This document shows positions 11,270 to 22,313 of a stretch of 64,000 bases of DNA, in pieces. Position 1 is the stretch's first letter. The number at the start of each line of letters is the position of its first letter. Source of the stretch: Hyaloraphidium curvatum SAG 235-1. Taxonomy: Eukaryota; Fungi; Monoblepharomycota. Below the pieces are notes generated by a model. It ran no database searches, was not told the origin of the DNA, and saw only the letters and a list, made by a program, of their open reading frames with translations. Made by a program: the position numbers and the translations under genes. The stretch covers positions 1 to 64,000 of the forward strand of contig JAIVFI010000006.1 in the NCBI GenBank assembly GCA_025558095.1, in the 5' to 3' direction.

Positions 11270-12190
11270 ATGCCGACGGCGCAGAACGGCCCCGCCTCCC
11301 TCTTGTACGGGGTCCGCGAGCCCCCCCGCCGCACCCCCGCTCGGCGCGCTGCTCCGCCTCCCCGGCCTCGCGTGCTCCGTCGCGCTCTGGGACCCCGCGT
11401 TCCTCGCCCGCCTCACACAACCGGGGTTCCGCGTGGTGGCGATGGACAACCGCGGCGCCGGTTCGTCGGCGAGATGGCGCGGGGCTGCGCGGCGGTGCTC
11501 GACGCCGCCGGCGAACGGCGGGCCGCTGGCCTCGGGCACTCGATGGGGGGCATGGTGGCCATGCGGTTCGCGTGCGACTTCCCCGAACGCGTCTCTTCCC
11601 TCCTGGTGCTCGGCGCGGGGGCGGGTGCAAAGTACGCGAAGTCGCCGGGGGCCGCGCTGGCGGGGTACTTCCTCGCGCTGCAGGCGTGCTCGTGGCTGCA
11701 CCCCTGGGCATCCTGGGCCTCTTCCTCCGCGGGCGCATGGGTGCGCGACGCGGAGCGCGGGACGATCCAGAAGATGTTCGCGGCCATCTCGGTCTCCACC
11801 GCGAACCCCGGCGGGGCGGCTGCCAACGCCGGGGAGCTCTGGGCGAAGCACTGGGAGCGTGCGGGCGAAGAACCGGCGCTGAGTGAGGGGCAGGTGACGG
11901 CGACCTATGTGGACTTGCTCGAGGACGTGGGGAAGATAAGCTGCCCGACGGCGGTGGTGTGCGGGACGGAGGATTGCTTCCAGCCGAAGGAGGCGATCGA
12001 GGCCCTGCACGGGGCAATGAAGGGGTCGGAGCTCGTGTGGTTGGAAGGGTGGGTAGCCGCCGCTATCCCCGGTTCGAGGGCTTGCTCAGCTGATACAACT
12101 CGGATCCGAAGGTACAACCACTGGTACCCGCCCGATGTATGGGTGCAGATCGCGGAGATCGCGGCGCGAACTGCCGAGCGCGGCAAGTAA
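11270..12190 (+). pseudogene. Alpha/beta-hydrolase copy 2 with compensating -2 and -28 nt deletions near the 5' end
   Basis: Paralog of 5890-6829 with GHSMGG, GTEDC and YNHW intact. Two deletions (~11325 and ~11467) scramble about 45 codons but restore the frame. Confidence 0.7.
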
Positions 12191-12394
12191 AGTCCGCCAC
12201 GTGTATCATGGCCTGTAATGTATCGGTAGCTGTGCCCCGAAACAGAGTCGCGGACCCCTCTATACCATGCGCCAGAGGACGCGTTTCTCCCCGAAGGGGC
12301 CAAAAGAGCTATTCTTTGCGAGTATAGGAAGAGTCGACGGAGAACGCCGCGAACCGGCTTCCCCAGAAGGTACACGGCAACCCGCTCTCGAGAT

Positions 12395-14884
12395 TCACAG
12401 CGCATCGAGTATCCGCTTCATCTCGTCCGCCACCTCCCCGAACCCCGGCCTCGCCGCCGCATCCATCGCCCAGCACCGCTGCATCAGCGCCCACGTGGCG
12501 TCCGGGATCCCCCGCGGCCGCTCGGGCCGGAAACCGGGGTCGCTCCGGATCCGCGGCTTGAACTCCTCGAAGTCGATGCCGTGCCCGGGGATGATCATGC
12601 CCTCGTCCAGGAGCTCCTGCATGAGCGGGGTCTTGCCCTCGGAGAGGAGTTCCCACATCGTCATGCCGAAGGCGTAGACGTCCGTCGCGGTGCCCGGTGT
12701 CGGCCTGGGCTTCCTGAAAGCTGCCGGACGTGGGTGAGCAAAAGGGAAACTGCCCGAAACACCGGGTACACTCACACTCGGGGGCCATGAACACCGGCGT
12801 CCCTCCACCCGAGATGGTCGAGCGAAGCGAGGCCGTGGTCCTGATCTTGGCCAGCCCGAAATCGGATATCTTCGCCACGCCGTTCTCGTCCACCAGCACG
12901 TTCTCGCCCTTGAGGTCGAGGTGCAGGATCGGCGTCGGCAGCGAGTGCAGGTGGTTCATCCCGAGCGCGACCTGGAACAGCAGGCGGTGCACCGCGCGGA
13001 TCTCCCACGGCGTTGGCTTGAGCTTTCGGAGGTAGTCCTTGGCGGTGCCCGCCATGAGCAGCGTGACGAGGCACAGGGGCTTGCGGCACCATCCCATGAG
13101 CGGTAGAACTGCGCGATCGTACCTCGTCAGCTGTTGAAACCCCACAGGCCCGCGCCGGAAGGGCTCACCGTTGACGTGCGGAGGCAGTCTCCCCCAGACT
13201 TCCATCTCCTTGTCAAACTCCGCGATCACACCTCCGCCTTCGAGGTCCGCCGCATCGATCCCGTTGATCATCTTGAGCGCCACCTTGGTGTGCTTCTGGT
13301 AGGTCCCTTCCATGACCATCCCAAAGCCGCCCCGACCGAGGAAGCCGCCCTGTTGCAGGTGCTTTGGGTCGATTTCGTAGCTGCTCGTCGCGCTGGGCCG
13401 CTCGACGGGAGGCGCGGGCACGGGTGAAGGCGTGGGCGCGGGGGGTTCGGGGTCGCGATCGAGGGGCGGGTTCGTGCTGGGCTCGAACGCGCTGTCCGCA
13501 AGCCCCGGATCCCCGCCCGCGGCAATCTGGGGCTGCACCTCCACCGGCCCGCCTTCCCGATCGTCGACGTGCAGTCCCAGTTCCGCCAGGGCCCGCGCGA
13601 CGGCAGCGATCTCCGCTTCCCTCGCCCGGGCGGCGGCGGCGATCTCCGCCTCCCTCTTGACGCGCTCCTCCTCAATGCGCCTCCGTTCTGCCTCCGCAAC
13701 CCTCGCGGCCTCCGCCTCGGCCTCCCGCACCGCACGGGCCACATCGACCCCCGTCTCCCCCGCCTTGTTCCTCCTCGTGACATCCACGCGGTCGGCCCGC
13801 CGCAGTAGCGCCGAGACCACCTCGGACCGCTTTGCCTGGCACGCGAGGATGAACCCCGTGTCGCCCTGCGCGTCGGCGGCGTCGGCGTCGACCCGCGGAT
13901 CCCCGAGAAGCAGCTCGACGCATGAGAGGTGGCCGCCTGCGCAGGCGAGCATGAAAGCAGTGCGGTCTTCGGGATCGCGGAGGTTGGGGTCCAGGGAGGG
14001 GTCCGCGAGGGCGGCCGCGAGCTTGGGCGGGTCGCCGTCGCGGCATTCGGAGAGGAGCGAGGTGCGAAGGGCCTTCAGACGCTGCTCCTTCGCCTCGCGG
14101 CGTTGCTGCTCCCGTTCGGCCTCCTGCCGGCAGGCTTCCTCCTCCCGCTGCACGCGGGCGCGCTCGGCTGCCTCGGCCTCCTGCCGCTTCTTCAGCTGCT
14201 CCCTGCGGCCGGCGGGATTCTTTGCGGCGGTCTCGATCTCCGAACGCAGATTCTCTAGAACGTTGTTTCTGCTAAGGTCGAGTTTTGATAGCGTGGAGTT
14301 GTGGGCGAGCGCCTCCGCAAGCGCGTGGGCGCCCTCGTCCCCGATGGAGTTGTTCTGCAGCCAAAGGGACGTCAGCGCCGAGTTGCCCTTCAGCGCCTCG
14401 GCGAGCGCGCGGGCGCCCCCGTCCCCGATGGAGTTGCTGGGCAGGTCCAGCCTTGTAAGCGCCGTGTTCGCCTTTAGTGCCTCCGCGATTGCGCGGGCGC
14501 CCTCGACCCCGATGGAGTTGTTGTCCAGCCAGAGGGTCGTCAGCACCGAGTTGCCCTTCAGCGCCTCGGCAAGCGCGCGGGCGGCCCCTTCCCCGATGGA
14601 GTTCCTGTGCAGGTACAGGGTCGTCACCGCCGAGTTGCCCTTCAGCGCCTCGGCGAGCGCGCGGGCGCCCCCTTCCCCGATGAAGTTGTTGTCCAGGCTC
14701 AGGGTCGTCAGCGCCGAGTTGCCCTTCAGCGCCTCGGCCAGTGCCCGCGCCCCGCTGTCCCCGAGTGACTGCCTGTCGGCATCGAGCCGCGTCTTCCCGC
14801 GAGCTCTTTGCGCCAGTACGCCGCATCGTGCTTCGTCGGCTCGGCAGGGGGCTTCGCGCGACCGATGCCAAGCAGCTTCTTCAT
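12395..14884 (-). CDS. LRR-ankyrin-coiled-coil-TKL kinase, copy B (1-nt frameshift at ~14797: pseudogene or sequence error)
   Basis: Same architecture as copy A, and the kinase region including introns is near-identical to A. The frame from ATG 14884 (MKKLLGIGRAK...ELAG) is broken by GGG where the paralogs have GGGG. Confidence 0.8.
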
Positions 14885-14940
14885 CGCTGCGCAGTGGCGG
14901 CCCGCGGCGCTCCGCACGGCTCCGCGGGGGAGCGGCACTC

Positions 14941-15011
14941 CTGACTGACTGACTGACGAGCGGGGTTAGGGATTTCACATCGCCGAGCCATCGAAAGCAC
15001 GCCGTCCCTAC
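14941..15011 (-). promoter_or_regulatory. Putative 5'-UTR intron of copy B with four tandem TCAG acceptors
   Basis: The minus strand reads AG|GTAGGG...CCCTAAC CCCGCTCG TCAG TCAG TCAG TCAG. The distance to the first AG is 59 nt, matching the typical intron size in this window. Confidence 0.55.
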
Positions 15012-15379
15012 CTCGCCCTCCCCCGACGCGTCCCGCCGGGGCAGATACCCTCCCGACGCGCTTGCCGTCGCCAACAGTGTGGACGGACGAGCCCTCGTGG
15101 CGGAGCTCACTCCCTCTCGAGCGTCTGCAACGCGCCCTGCGGGTGCCGCGTTCCCGCGCCGTGTCCCGCCTGATCGATGCGGGCCTCGCGCGGCGCGTAC
15201 GAGCTGCTCCTGCAGGTACTGATGAGGGACTTCGACCTCCGCGCGGGCGTCCGACACGACAAGACTTGGGAGCGCCCGGCGCCGGTTGCAGTTCGCGGGT
15301 GGTCCGGCGGGGGTCGGCAAGCTCTCCCCGGTGAAGAAGCTCCGCCTGTCGGGCTCCTTTCCCGTCGAGCGGGACCCCT

Positions 15380-16181
15380 GGCGATTCTCCCGCGGCGGAC
15401 ACGCTCTCCGACATCCGCAACCGCGCCGTCTCCCTCGTCCGTGACTACGGCATCGAGCACGCCATCCTCGGTCTGGAATGCCTGTCGCGCCTTCTCGGCG
15501 CGGAGGCCCGCCGCTTCCGCCCCGCGAGGGTGGTCGACCGCCCGCGGCACCACGACACCGCCATCCGGAAGCTCCTCTCGTCGGGGAGTTTCGGGTGCAC
15601 GGAGCCGTCGGCGATGTTCTCGGACTGCCTGGACTGCCGCCTCGGCCGCGGGACGCGCGCGGGGGATGGAGACGAGCTGGCTCCGCGGGGACGAGCTGCG
15701 CAGGATCGCCGGCTAGACGAGGGAGATCAACAGTGACCGTGCTGCGGGATGCGGAGGATTGGGGACGGGAGATGGGTTTCTCGAGGGTGTTTGTGGTCGA
15801 GGAGATCCGGAACGGATGTTGTCTGCAGCTGGGGTCGAGAAGCCACCGGCCCACGCGTCCGCCACGCCATCCGCCATCGGGTCGGGCCCCACCGTCCGAC
15901 CAGCGGTCCAGCGACCACCCCAAGAAGGACGGATTCGCGCGGTGCTCGAGGTGCAAGCGGGATCATTACTGCTCAAAGCAGTGCCAAGTGGCTGCGTGGC
16001 CGAAGCACAAGGTGGTTTCCCCGGCGATGGCGGCGCTGAACCCGGCGACGTAAATCGGTGCGGCACGAGGCGGCCATCTTTTGCGCGCCTTCTGACAGTG
16101 CTCCCGCGGCAGATCCCCCATCACACCGTGGAAAGGCCGGAGTACGCGTTGCGATGCCTGGAAAGGACGAGCGAAGGGTAG
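15380..16181 (+). pseudogene. Degenerate MYND-type zinc-finger gene, copy 1 (5' boundary uncertain)
   Basis: FARCSRCKRDHYCSKQCQVAAWPKHKVVS is the MYND C-terminal half with the last Cys replaced by Ser. Upstream frames are fragmented. Confidence 0.55.
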
Positions 16182-16557
16182 GTGCGAAGGGAAAGGTTGT
16201 TGGAGGCGTCGGTCGGACGCAATCTATGGTGGTGATGGGCTCCACAAGGCTCTGATGCCTCAATAGACAACGGTCTTTGGCAATGAGCTGCTTTTGTTTT
16301 CACGCGCCCGTGGCGTGGCGCTTGTCACGGGCGTGGGCGATGCCCGATCTGATCGAGTCAGCGGTCGAGTCGCGAACAGCCCGCGCGCCCACCGCAACTC
16401 GTTCTGCCTTGCACGTTCCCCCACGCTCCCCGGCCCAATCTCCACCTTCCAACTGCCCCGCGCGCCTCGTCCTCCTTTTCCCGTGGGCCCGCGCGCCGCC
16501 GCCCCGCGCCCCCCGCCGACCGCCCGTCCCGCCCCGCAGGAGCCCCCGCCGAACGAT

Positions 16558-17260
16558 ATGGCGTCCTTCTTCTCCGCGCTGCGCTCCCGCTTCCACGCTT
16601 GCTTCGACGGCGACCGCGACGCCCTCCCCGCCCGCCCCCGCGTCCCCGCCCCCGACGCCGCCGAGCTCCCCCCGCTCCCGTCGTTCCGCCGCTCGCTTAC
16701 GGTCCCCGTCGGCGACGCTCCCGACGACGTCCGACAGCTCTTCGAGGGCATGGGGCTGCCGGCAGATGCGACGGCCACCCTCCTCCTCACCATGTGCGTC
16801 CCGTTCTCCATCCCGCGGTTTGGCACCCGGATGCTGATCTCGATCCGATCCCCCGATCTCCCGCGTTTCAACCATCTCACAGGCTCTGCGATGCCGCGTG
16901 GACCGCCGGGACGATGGGCCGCGAGACGGTGCTCGTCGCTGGGAAGGGCCGGGCATTCGTGCAGGTGTGGCAGGCCGGTCCGCGGGACGCCAAGATCCTC
17001 GGGGTCGAGCTGATGGGGAAGTTCGGCCAGGCCAACATCACCGTCGAACGTGCGTTCGGTCCGCTCCCTGCGTCGTGCAGCCGCTTACCATGCACCGCCC
17101 TCGATCCGCAGTCGACGCCTCCCTCCTCGCCAAGTTTCCCGCCGCCCGCACGCACATGTTCGCCATCGCCGGGGTGGAGCTGGTGCCGGACAGGAGGGGC
17201 GACGTGGGGAAGATGAGGCGGGTGGTGGAGGAAGCGGGGTTGAAGATCGACGAGTGGTAG
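16558..17260 (+). CDS. Hypothetical protein (orphan family), copy 1, 3 exons
   Basis: MASFFSALRSRFHACFDG...LLLTM|LCDAAWTAG...NITVE|LDASLLAKF...EEAGLKIDEW*. Two GT-AG introns give a continuous frame, and a conserved duplicate starts at 21417. Confidence 0.65.
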
Positions 17261-17494
17261 ATCCGCCGCAGGTGGGCTCGGCTCTCGGATGCGGATGGAG
17301 GATATGGGAGGCGACGGAGAGGGGATGATTGATCAGCTAGAGGAGAACGGGTGATTTGTATTCCGTGTTGCGGCGCGGGTGCCGGCCAAGGTGTCTACAG
17401 ATACCTTTCGATCGACGCCTCCCCTTTTCCGCGCTCGGAGCGTTGCGGGTCCGGGCCTAGCCGGAATCGCGCTGGGTTCCAGGACGGCACATGG

Positions 17495-19485
17495 CTACCA
17501 CGCCTCCATTTCCGCGCAGACCTCGACGAACGTCGGCCTGTCCGCCGGGTTCTGCGCCCACATGCGCTCCATGAGGTTCCACATCCTGTCGTCGACGTCG
17601 TCGGGGCGCTCGGGCCGATCTCCTTGCTTGACAGCCTCCCGAAGCTGTCCAATTCCGTGAAGACCCAGTCGGACCAAGGCGGGTGCGAGCCACCCACCAA
17701 CAGCGCACCCAGCCCTTGAAACGGGTAGCCGCCCTCGTCGACGACCTCGTAGCACACCATGGCGAACGCGTACACGTCCACGGGCGGGCGGAGCTTGCCG
17801 CCGCGCCAGAGTTCCGGGGCCATGAACGGCGGGGTGCCGCTTGCGGAGCCCCCGGCATCGCGATCGCCGCTGGTGGTGCCCAGGGAGAGGTGCGTGCGGA
17901 CCTTGGCGAGGCCGAAGTCGGCGATCTTGGGGATGTCGTGGTCTGCAGTGGCCGGGGGTTAGATGCGCATGCACCCCCGGCCCGAGGGCCGCGCGAGCCC
18001 ACCGATCATGATGTTGGCGCACTTGAGGTCCCCGTGGAGCACCTTGTACGAGTGCAGGTACGCCATTCCCGCGGCCGTCCCACGGAGGTACCTGAGCCCG
18101 ACTGTCTGGTCCCAGCGCAGTTGTTCGAGCCGCGCACGCATGCTGCCGTCGGTCAGCTCCGAGATCAGAAGGGGCGGAGACTCGCAAAAGGCGAGGAGGG
18201 GGAGCACTGCGGCAAACGTTGAGCCGGGACGGCGAAAGTGCGAGATGAGAGGCCCACCATTCCGCTGGTTCAGCCCATCCCACACCGCAATCTCCTTCAG
18301 GAACATCTGGACCGTCTCGGGGGTCACGTCGCCCTTGACGGTCTTGACGGCCACACGCGTCGCGCCCCTGAGCACGCCACGGTAGACCGTGCCGAAGGAG
18401 CCCTGGCCGAGGATGGACGCTTTCTCGGTGGAGTAGGCGACCTCGTCCTTGGCGATGCGGAGCTTGGAGAGGAACGCCGAATGGTCCGATTTGGTGCTTC
18501 CGGGGGAGGCATGCGATCGGGACGGATCCGAAGGGAGCTTTGTCACCTGTGACGAGCTCCAGGAAGAAGCCGCCGGCGCGGCCGGGGCGCGCTTGGCCAT
18601 CTCCGCCGCTTCGGCCAGCCTGGGCTCCACCTCTTCCTCCCTCAGCCTCAGCTCCTGCAGACGACGTGCGACCTCGGCTTCCTGCTCCCGCACGCGGGCG
18701 GCCTCGTCCGTGAGCCGCTGCTGCCTTTTGACCTCCTGCTGCTGTCGCTGACGGAGGGCTTCTTCCTCGAGGCGATTGCGTTCCCGCAAGGCAGTCTGCC
18801 GCCGCCGCTCTTCCTCCTGCTGCTGCCGCGCGCGGGCGCGCTCGGCTGCCTCGGCGTCCTGCCGCTTCCGCATCTGCTGCCTGCGCCCGGCGGGATTCCT
18901 CGCGGCCGTCTCAATTTCCGAAAGCAGATTCTCGGGAAGGCCGTTCTCCCTGATGTCGAGGTCCGAGAGCGTCAAGTTGTGAACGAGCGCCTCCGCGAGC
19001 GCGCGGGCTCCCTCGACCCCGATTGAGTTGTGGTACAGGCCCAGGGTCGTGAGAGTTGTGTTTCCCCTCAGCGCCTCGGCAAGCACGCGGGCGCCCTCGA
19101 CCCCGACGGAGTTGTGATGTAGGTACAGGGTCGACAGAGCCGAATTCCCCTTCAGCGCCTCGGCGAGCACGCGGGCGCCCTCAACCCCGATGGAGTTGCT
19201 GCCCAGATTAAGGGTCGACAGAGCCGAATTCCCCTTCAGCACGTCGGCGAGCGCGCGGGCCCCCCCGTCCCCGATGGAGTTGCTGGCCAGGAACAGGGTC
19301 CTCAGCGCCGAGTTCCCCTTCAGCGCCTCTGCAAGCGCGCGGGCCCCGCTGTCCCCGAGTGATTGCTCGATAACAATGAGCTCCGTCTTCCCCGCGAGCT
19401 CTTTCCGCCAGTACGCCGCATCGTCCTTCGTCGGCTGGCGCGCACTCTCCTCCGTCGCGCGGCCGATGCCCAGAGGCTTCTTCAT
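17495..19485 (-). CDS. LRR-coiled-coil-TKL kinase, copy C (no ankyrin; 4 internal LRRs; 3 kinase introns)
   Basis: Starts MKKPLGIGR, followed by 28-aa LRRs and a Q/E/R coiled coil. Kinase motifs are GQGSFG, VAVK, HGDLKCAN, DFG, APE and DVYAF, ending AEMEAW*. Confidence 0.9.
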
Positions 19486-20286
19486 CGTGGCACGCCGGGG
19501 GGCCCGCGGCGCTCCGCAACGGCCCGCGGGGGAGTGGCACTGTCCTGACTGACTGGCGAGCGGGGTTAGGGATTTCCCCATCGCCGAGCCCTCAAAGCAC
19601 GCCGACCTCCCCGCTCCGCCGACGCGTCCCGCGGCAGACACCTTCCCGACGCACCTGCCGATGCCGACAGTGTGGGTGGACGGGCCCTCGCGGCGGACGT
19701 CCCCCTCGAGGTCGCGGCGCGGCCTCCGCGCTCCGGCCGACCGCCCGGCCCGCGCCGCCCTGTCCCGCCTAATGCGGGCCTCCCGCGGTGCCTACGCATG
19801 GCCGCTGCCCGCATTAATGCCGGAACTCGACCCCGCACGGCCATCGGGGACGAGGAAGCCCGGGAGCGCCCGGCGCGCGTGGCAGTTCGGGGCCGGCCCG
19901 GCGGGTGGCTTCAAGTTCTCGCCGGTGAAGAAGCTGCCTGTCTGGCGCCCTTCCCGTCGAAGGGGAATCCCACCTACTGCGCGAATCTCGAGCACCTCGA
20001 CTGCGTGGAGCTGCCACTTCGGCGTGCTGCTGGCCACCATCGAGCCCGCCGCGCGGAACCTGCGCTTCCGGGCCTTCCGCGACGCCGGCAACGACTTCAC
20101 CGCTGCCGATAAGGACGCAGCGGACCGCCGGTACGGTGCCCTCGACGTGGGCGGGCCCGCGCCCGGGAGCTGCAGCGCGCGGAAATCCGGACCGTCGGCC
20201 ACGCGAGATCGATCCACCTGCTCAACTTCATCTCGGACGGCGCCCAGCAGCCATGGGCTTCCTTTGAGACGGCCGCGACCCCGTTG

Positions 20287-21030
20287 ATTCCCCGCGGTGG
20301 ACACGCTCTCCGGCATCGGCAACCGGCCGTCTCCTTCATCGGGGACTACGCCATCGACCACCGCGTCCTCGGCCTGCAATGCCTTTTCGGCCTTCTGGGG
20401 CACACAGTCCGGCCGGTCCGCCCCCAGGAGGGCGCTCCTCGGCCGAGCAGGTTCCGCGAAGGACCCGGACGCCCGCCTGCAAGTGTGGCACTGCGATACC
20501 GCCATCCGGAAGCTCCTGTCGTCCGAACGGCTCGGGTACGCGGAGCTCTCGGCGATGTCCGCGGAATGCCTGGACTGCCGCCTCGGCCGCGGGACGCGCG
20601 CAGGGGATGGAGACGAGCTGGCTCCGCGGGGACGAGCTGCGCGGGATCGCCGGCGAGACGAGGGAGATCGTGACCGTTCTGCGGGATGCGGAGGATTGGG
20701 GACGGGAGATGGGTTTCTCGAGGGTGTTTGTGTTCGAGGAGATCCGGGACGGATGTTGTCTGCAGCTGGGATCGAGAAGCCACCGGCCCACGCGTCCCCC
20801 ACGCCATCCGCCATCGGGTCGGGCCCCACCGTCCGACCAGCGGTCCAGCGACCACACCAAGAAGGCCAGACTCCCGCGCTGTTCGAGGTGCAAGCGGGAA
20901 CACTACTGCTCAAAGCAGTGCCAAGCACAAGGTGGTTTGCCCGGCACTGGCGGCGCTGAACTCGGCGACGGACAGATCCCCCATCTTGCCGTGGAGTACG
21001 CGTCGCGATGGCTGGAAAGGACGAGTGAGG
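20287..21030 (+). pseudogene. Degenerate MYND-type zinc-finger gene, copy 2
   Basis: Paralog of 15380-16181. RCSRCKREHYCSKQCQ is followed by a ~17-nt deletion (removing most of VAAWPK) that frameshifts before HKVVCP. Confidence 0.55.
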
Positions 21031-21416
21031 GGCGGTGCGAAGGGAAAGGTTGTTGGAGGCGTCGGCCGAACGCGATCTTTGGCGGTGATAGGTGATAGTT
21101 CCACAAGGCTTCTGAGGTCACAATAGACAACGGACTTTGGCAACGAGCTGCTTTTGCTATCATGCGCCCGTGGCGCTTGTCACGGGCGTGGGCGATGGGA
21201 TCCCGATCTGATCGAGTCAGCGGTCGAGTCGCGAACAGCCCGCGCGCCCACCGCAACTCGTTCTGCCTTGCACGTTCCCCCACGCTCCCCGGCCCAGTCT
21301 CCACCTTCCAACTGCCCCGCGCGCCTCGTCCTCCTTTTCCCGTGGGCCCGCGCGCCGCCGCCCCGCGCCCCCCGCTGACCACCCGTCCCGCCCCGCAGGA
21401 GCCCCCGCCGAACGAT

Positions 21417-22138
21417 ATGGCGTCCTTCTTCTCCGCGCTGCGCTCCCGCTTCCACGCCTGCTTCGACGGCGACCACGACGCCCTCCCCGCCCGCCCCCGC
21501 GTCCCCGCCCCCGACGCCGCCGAGCTCCCGCCGCTCCCGTCGTTCCGCCGCGCGCTTACGGTCCCCGTCGGCGACGCTCCCAACTCCGTCCGCCACTTCT
21601 TCGGAGCCATGGGGCTGCCGGCAGATGCGACGGCCACCCTCCTCCTCACCATGGTGCATCCCGTTCTCCATCCCGCAGTTCTCCATCCCGCAGTTTGGCA
21701 CCCGGATGCTGATCTCGATCCGATCCCCCGATCTCCCTCGTTTCCACCATCTCACAGGGTCTGCGATGCCGCGTGGACCGCCGGGACGATGGGCAGCGAG
21801 ACGGCGCTCGTCGCTGGGAAGGGCCGGGCATTCGCGCAGGTTTGGCAAGCCGGACCGTGGGACGCCAAGATCCTCAGGGTCGAGCTGATGGGAAAGTTCG
21901 GCGAGGCCAACATCACCGTCGAACGTGCGTTCGGTCCGCTCCCTGCGTCGTGCCGCCGCTGACCATGCACCGCCCTCGATCCGCAGTCGACGCCTCCCTC
22001 CCCGCCAGCAAGTTCCCCGCCGTCCGCACGCACATGTTCGCCATCGCCGCGGTGGAGCTGGTGCCGGACAGGAGGGGCGACGTGGGGAAGATGAGGCGGG
22101 TGGTGGAGGAAGCGGGGGTGAAGATCGACGAGTGGTAG
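21417..22138 (+). CDS. Hypothetical protein (orphan family), copy 2; first splice site appears shifted by 1 nt, possibly defective
   Basis: Close paralog of 16558-17260. It has an extra G at the first donor and a 15-bp duplication (TTCTCCATCCCGCAG x2) in intron 1. The frame stays open if intron 1 is retained. Confidence 0.55.
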
Positions 22139-22313
22139 ATCCGCCCCAGGTGGGCGCGGCTCTCGGGTGCGGATGGAAGATAAGAAAGGCGACGGAGCGG
22201 GGATGATTGATCAGCTAGAGGAGAACGGGTCATTTGTATTCCGTATTGCGGCGCAGGTGCGTTGCGGGTCCGGGCCTAGTCGGAATCGCGCTTGGTTCCA
22301 GGACGGCACATCG

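Noticed and set aside
14962-14971. GGGGTTAGGG (also ~19562 and ~24555) as telomeric repeat or telomere-addition site
   Set aside because: It is a single unit each time. On the minus strand it is CCCTAAC, positioned as an intron branch point before the TCAG acceptors.
12309-15956. 1215-aa ORF as one protein
   Set aside because: The N-terminal ~380 aa is read-through of GC-rich antisense/upstream sequence, made possible by the 1-nt frameshift. The C-terminus runs through introns. The real gene starts at 14884 by comparison with paralogs.
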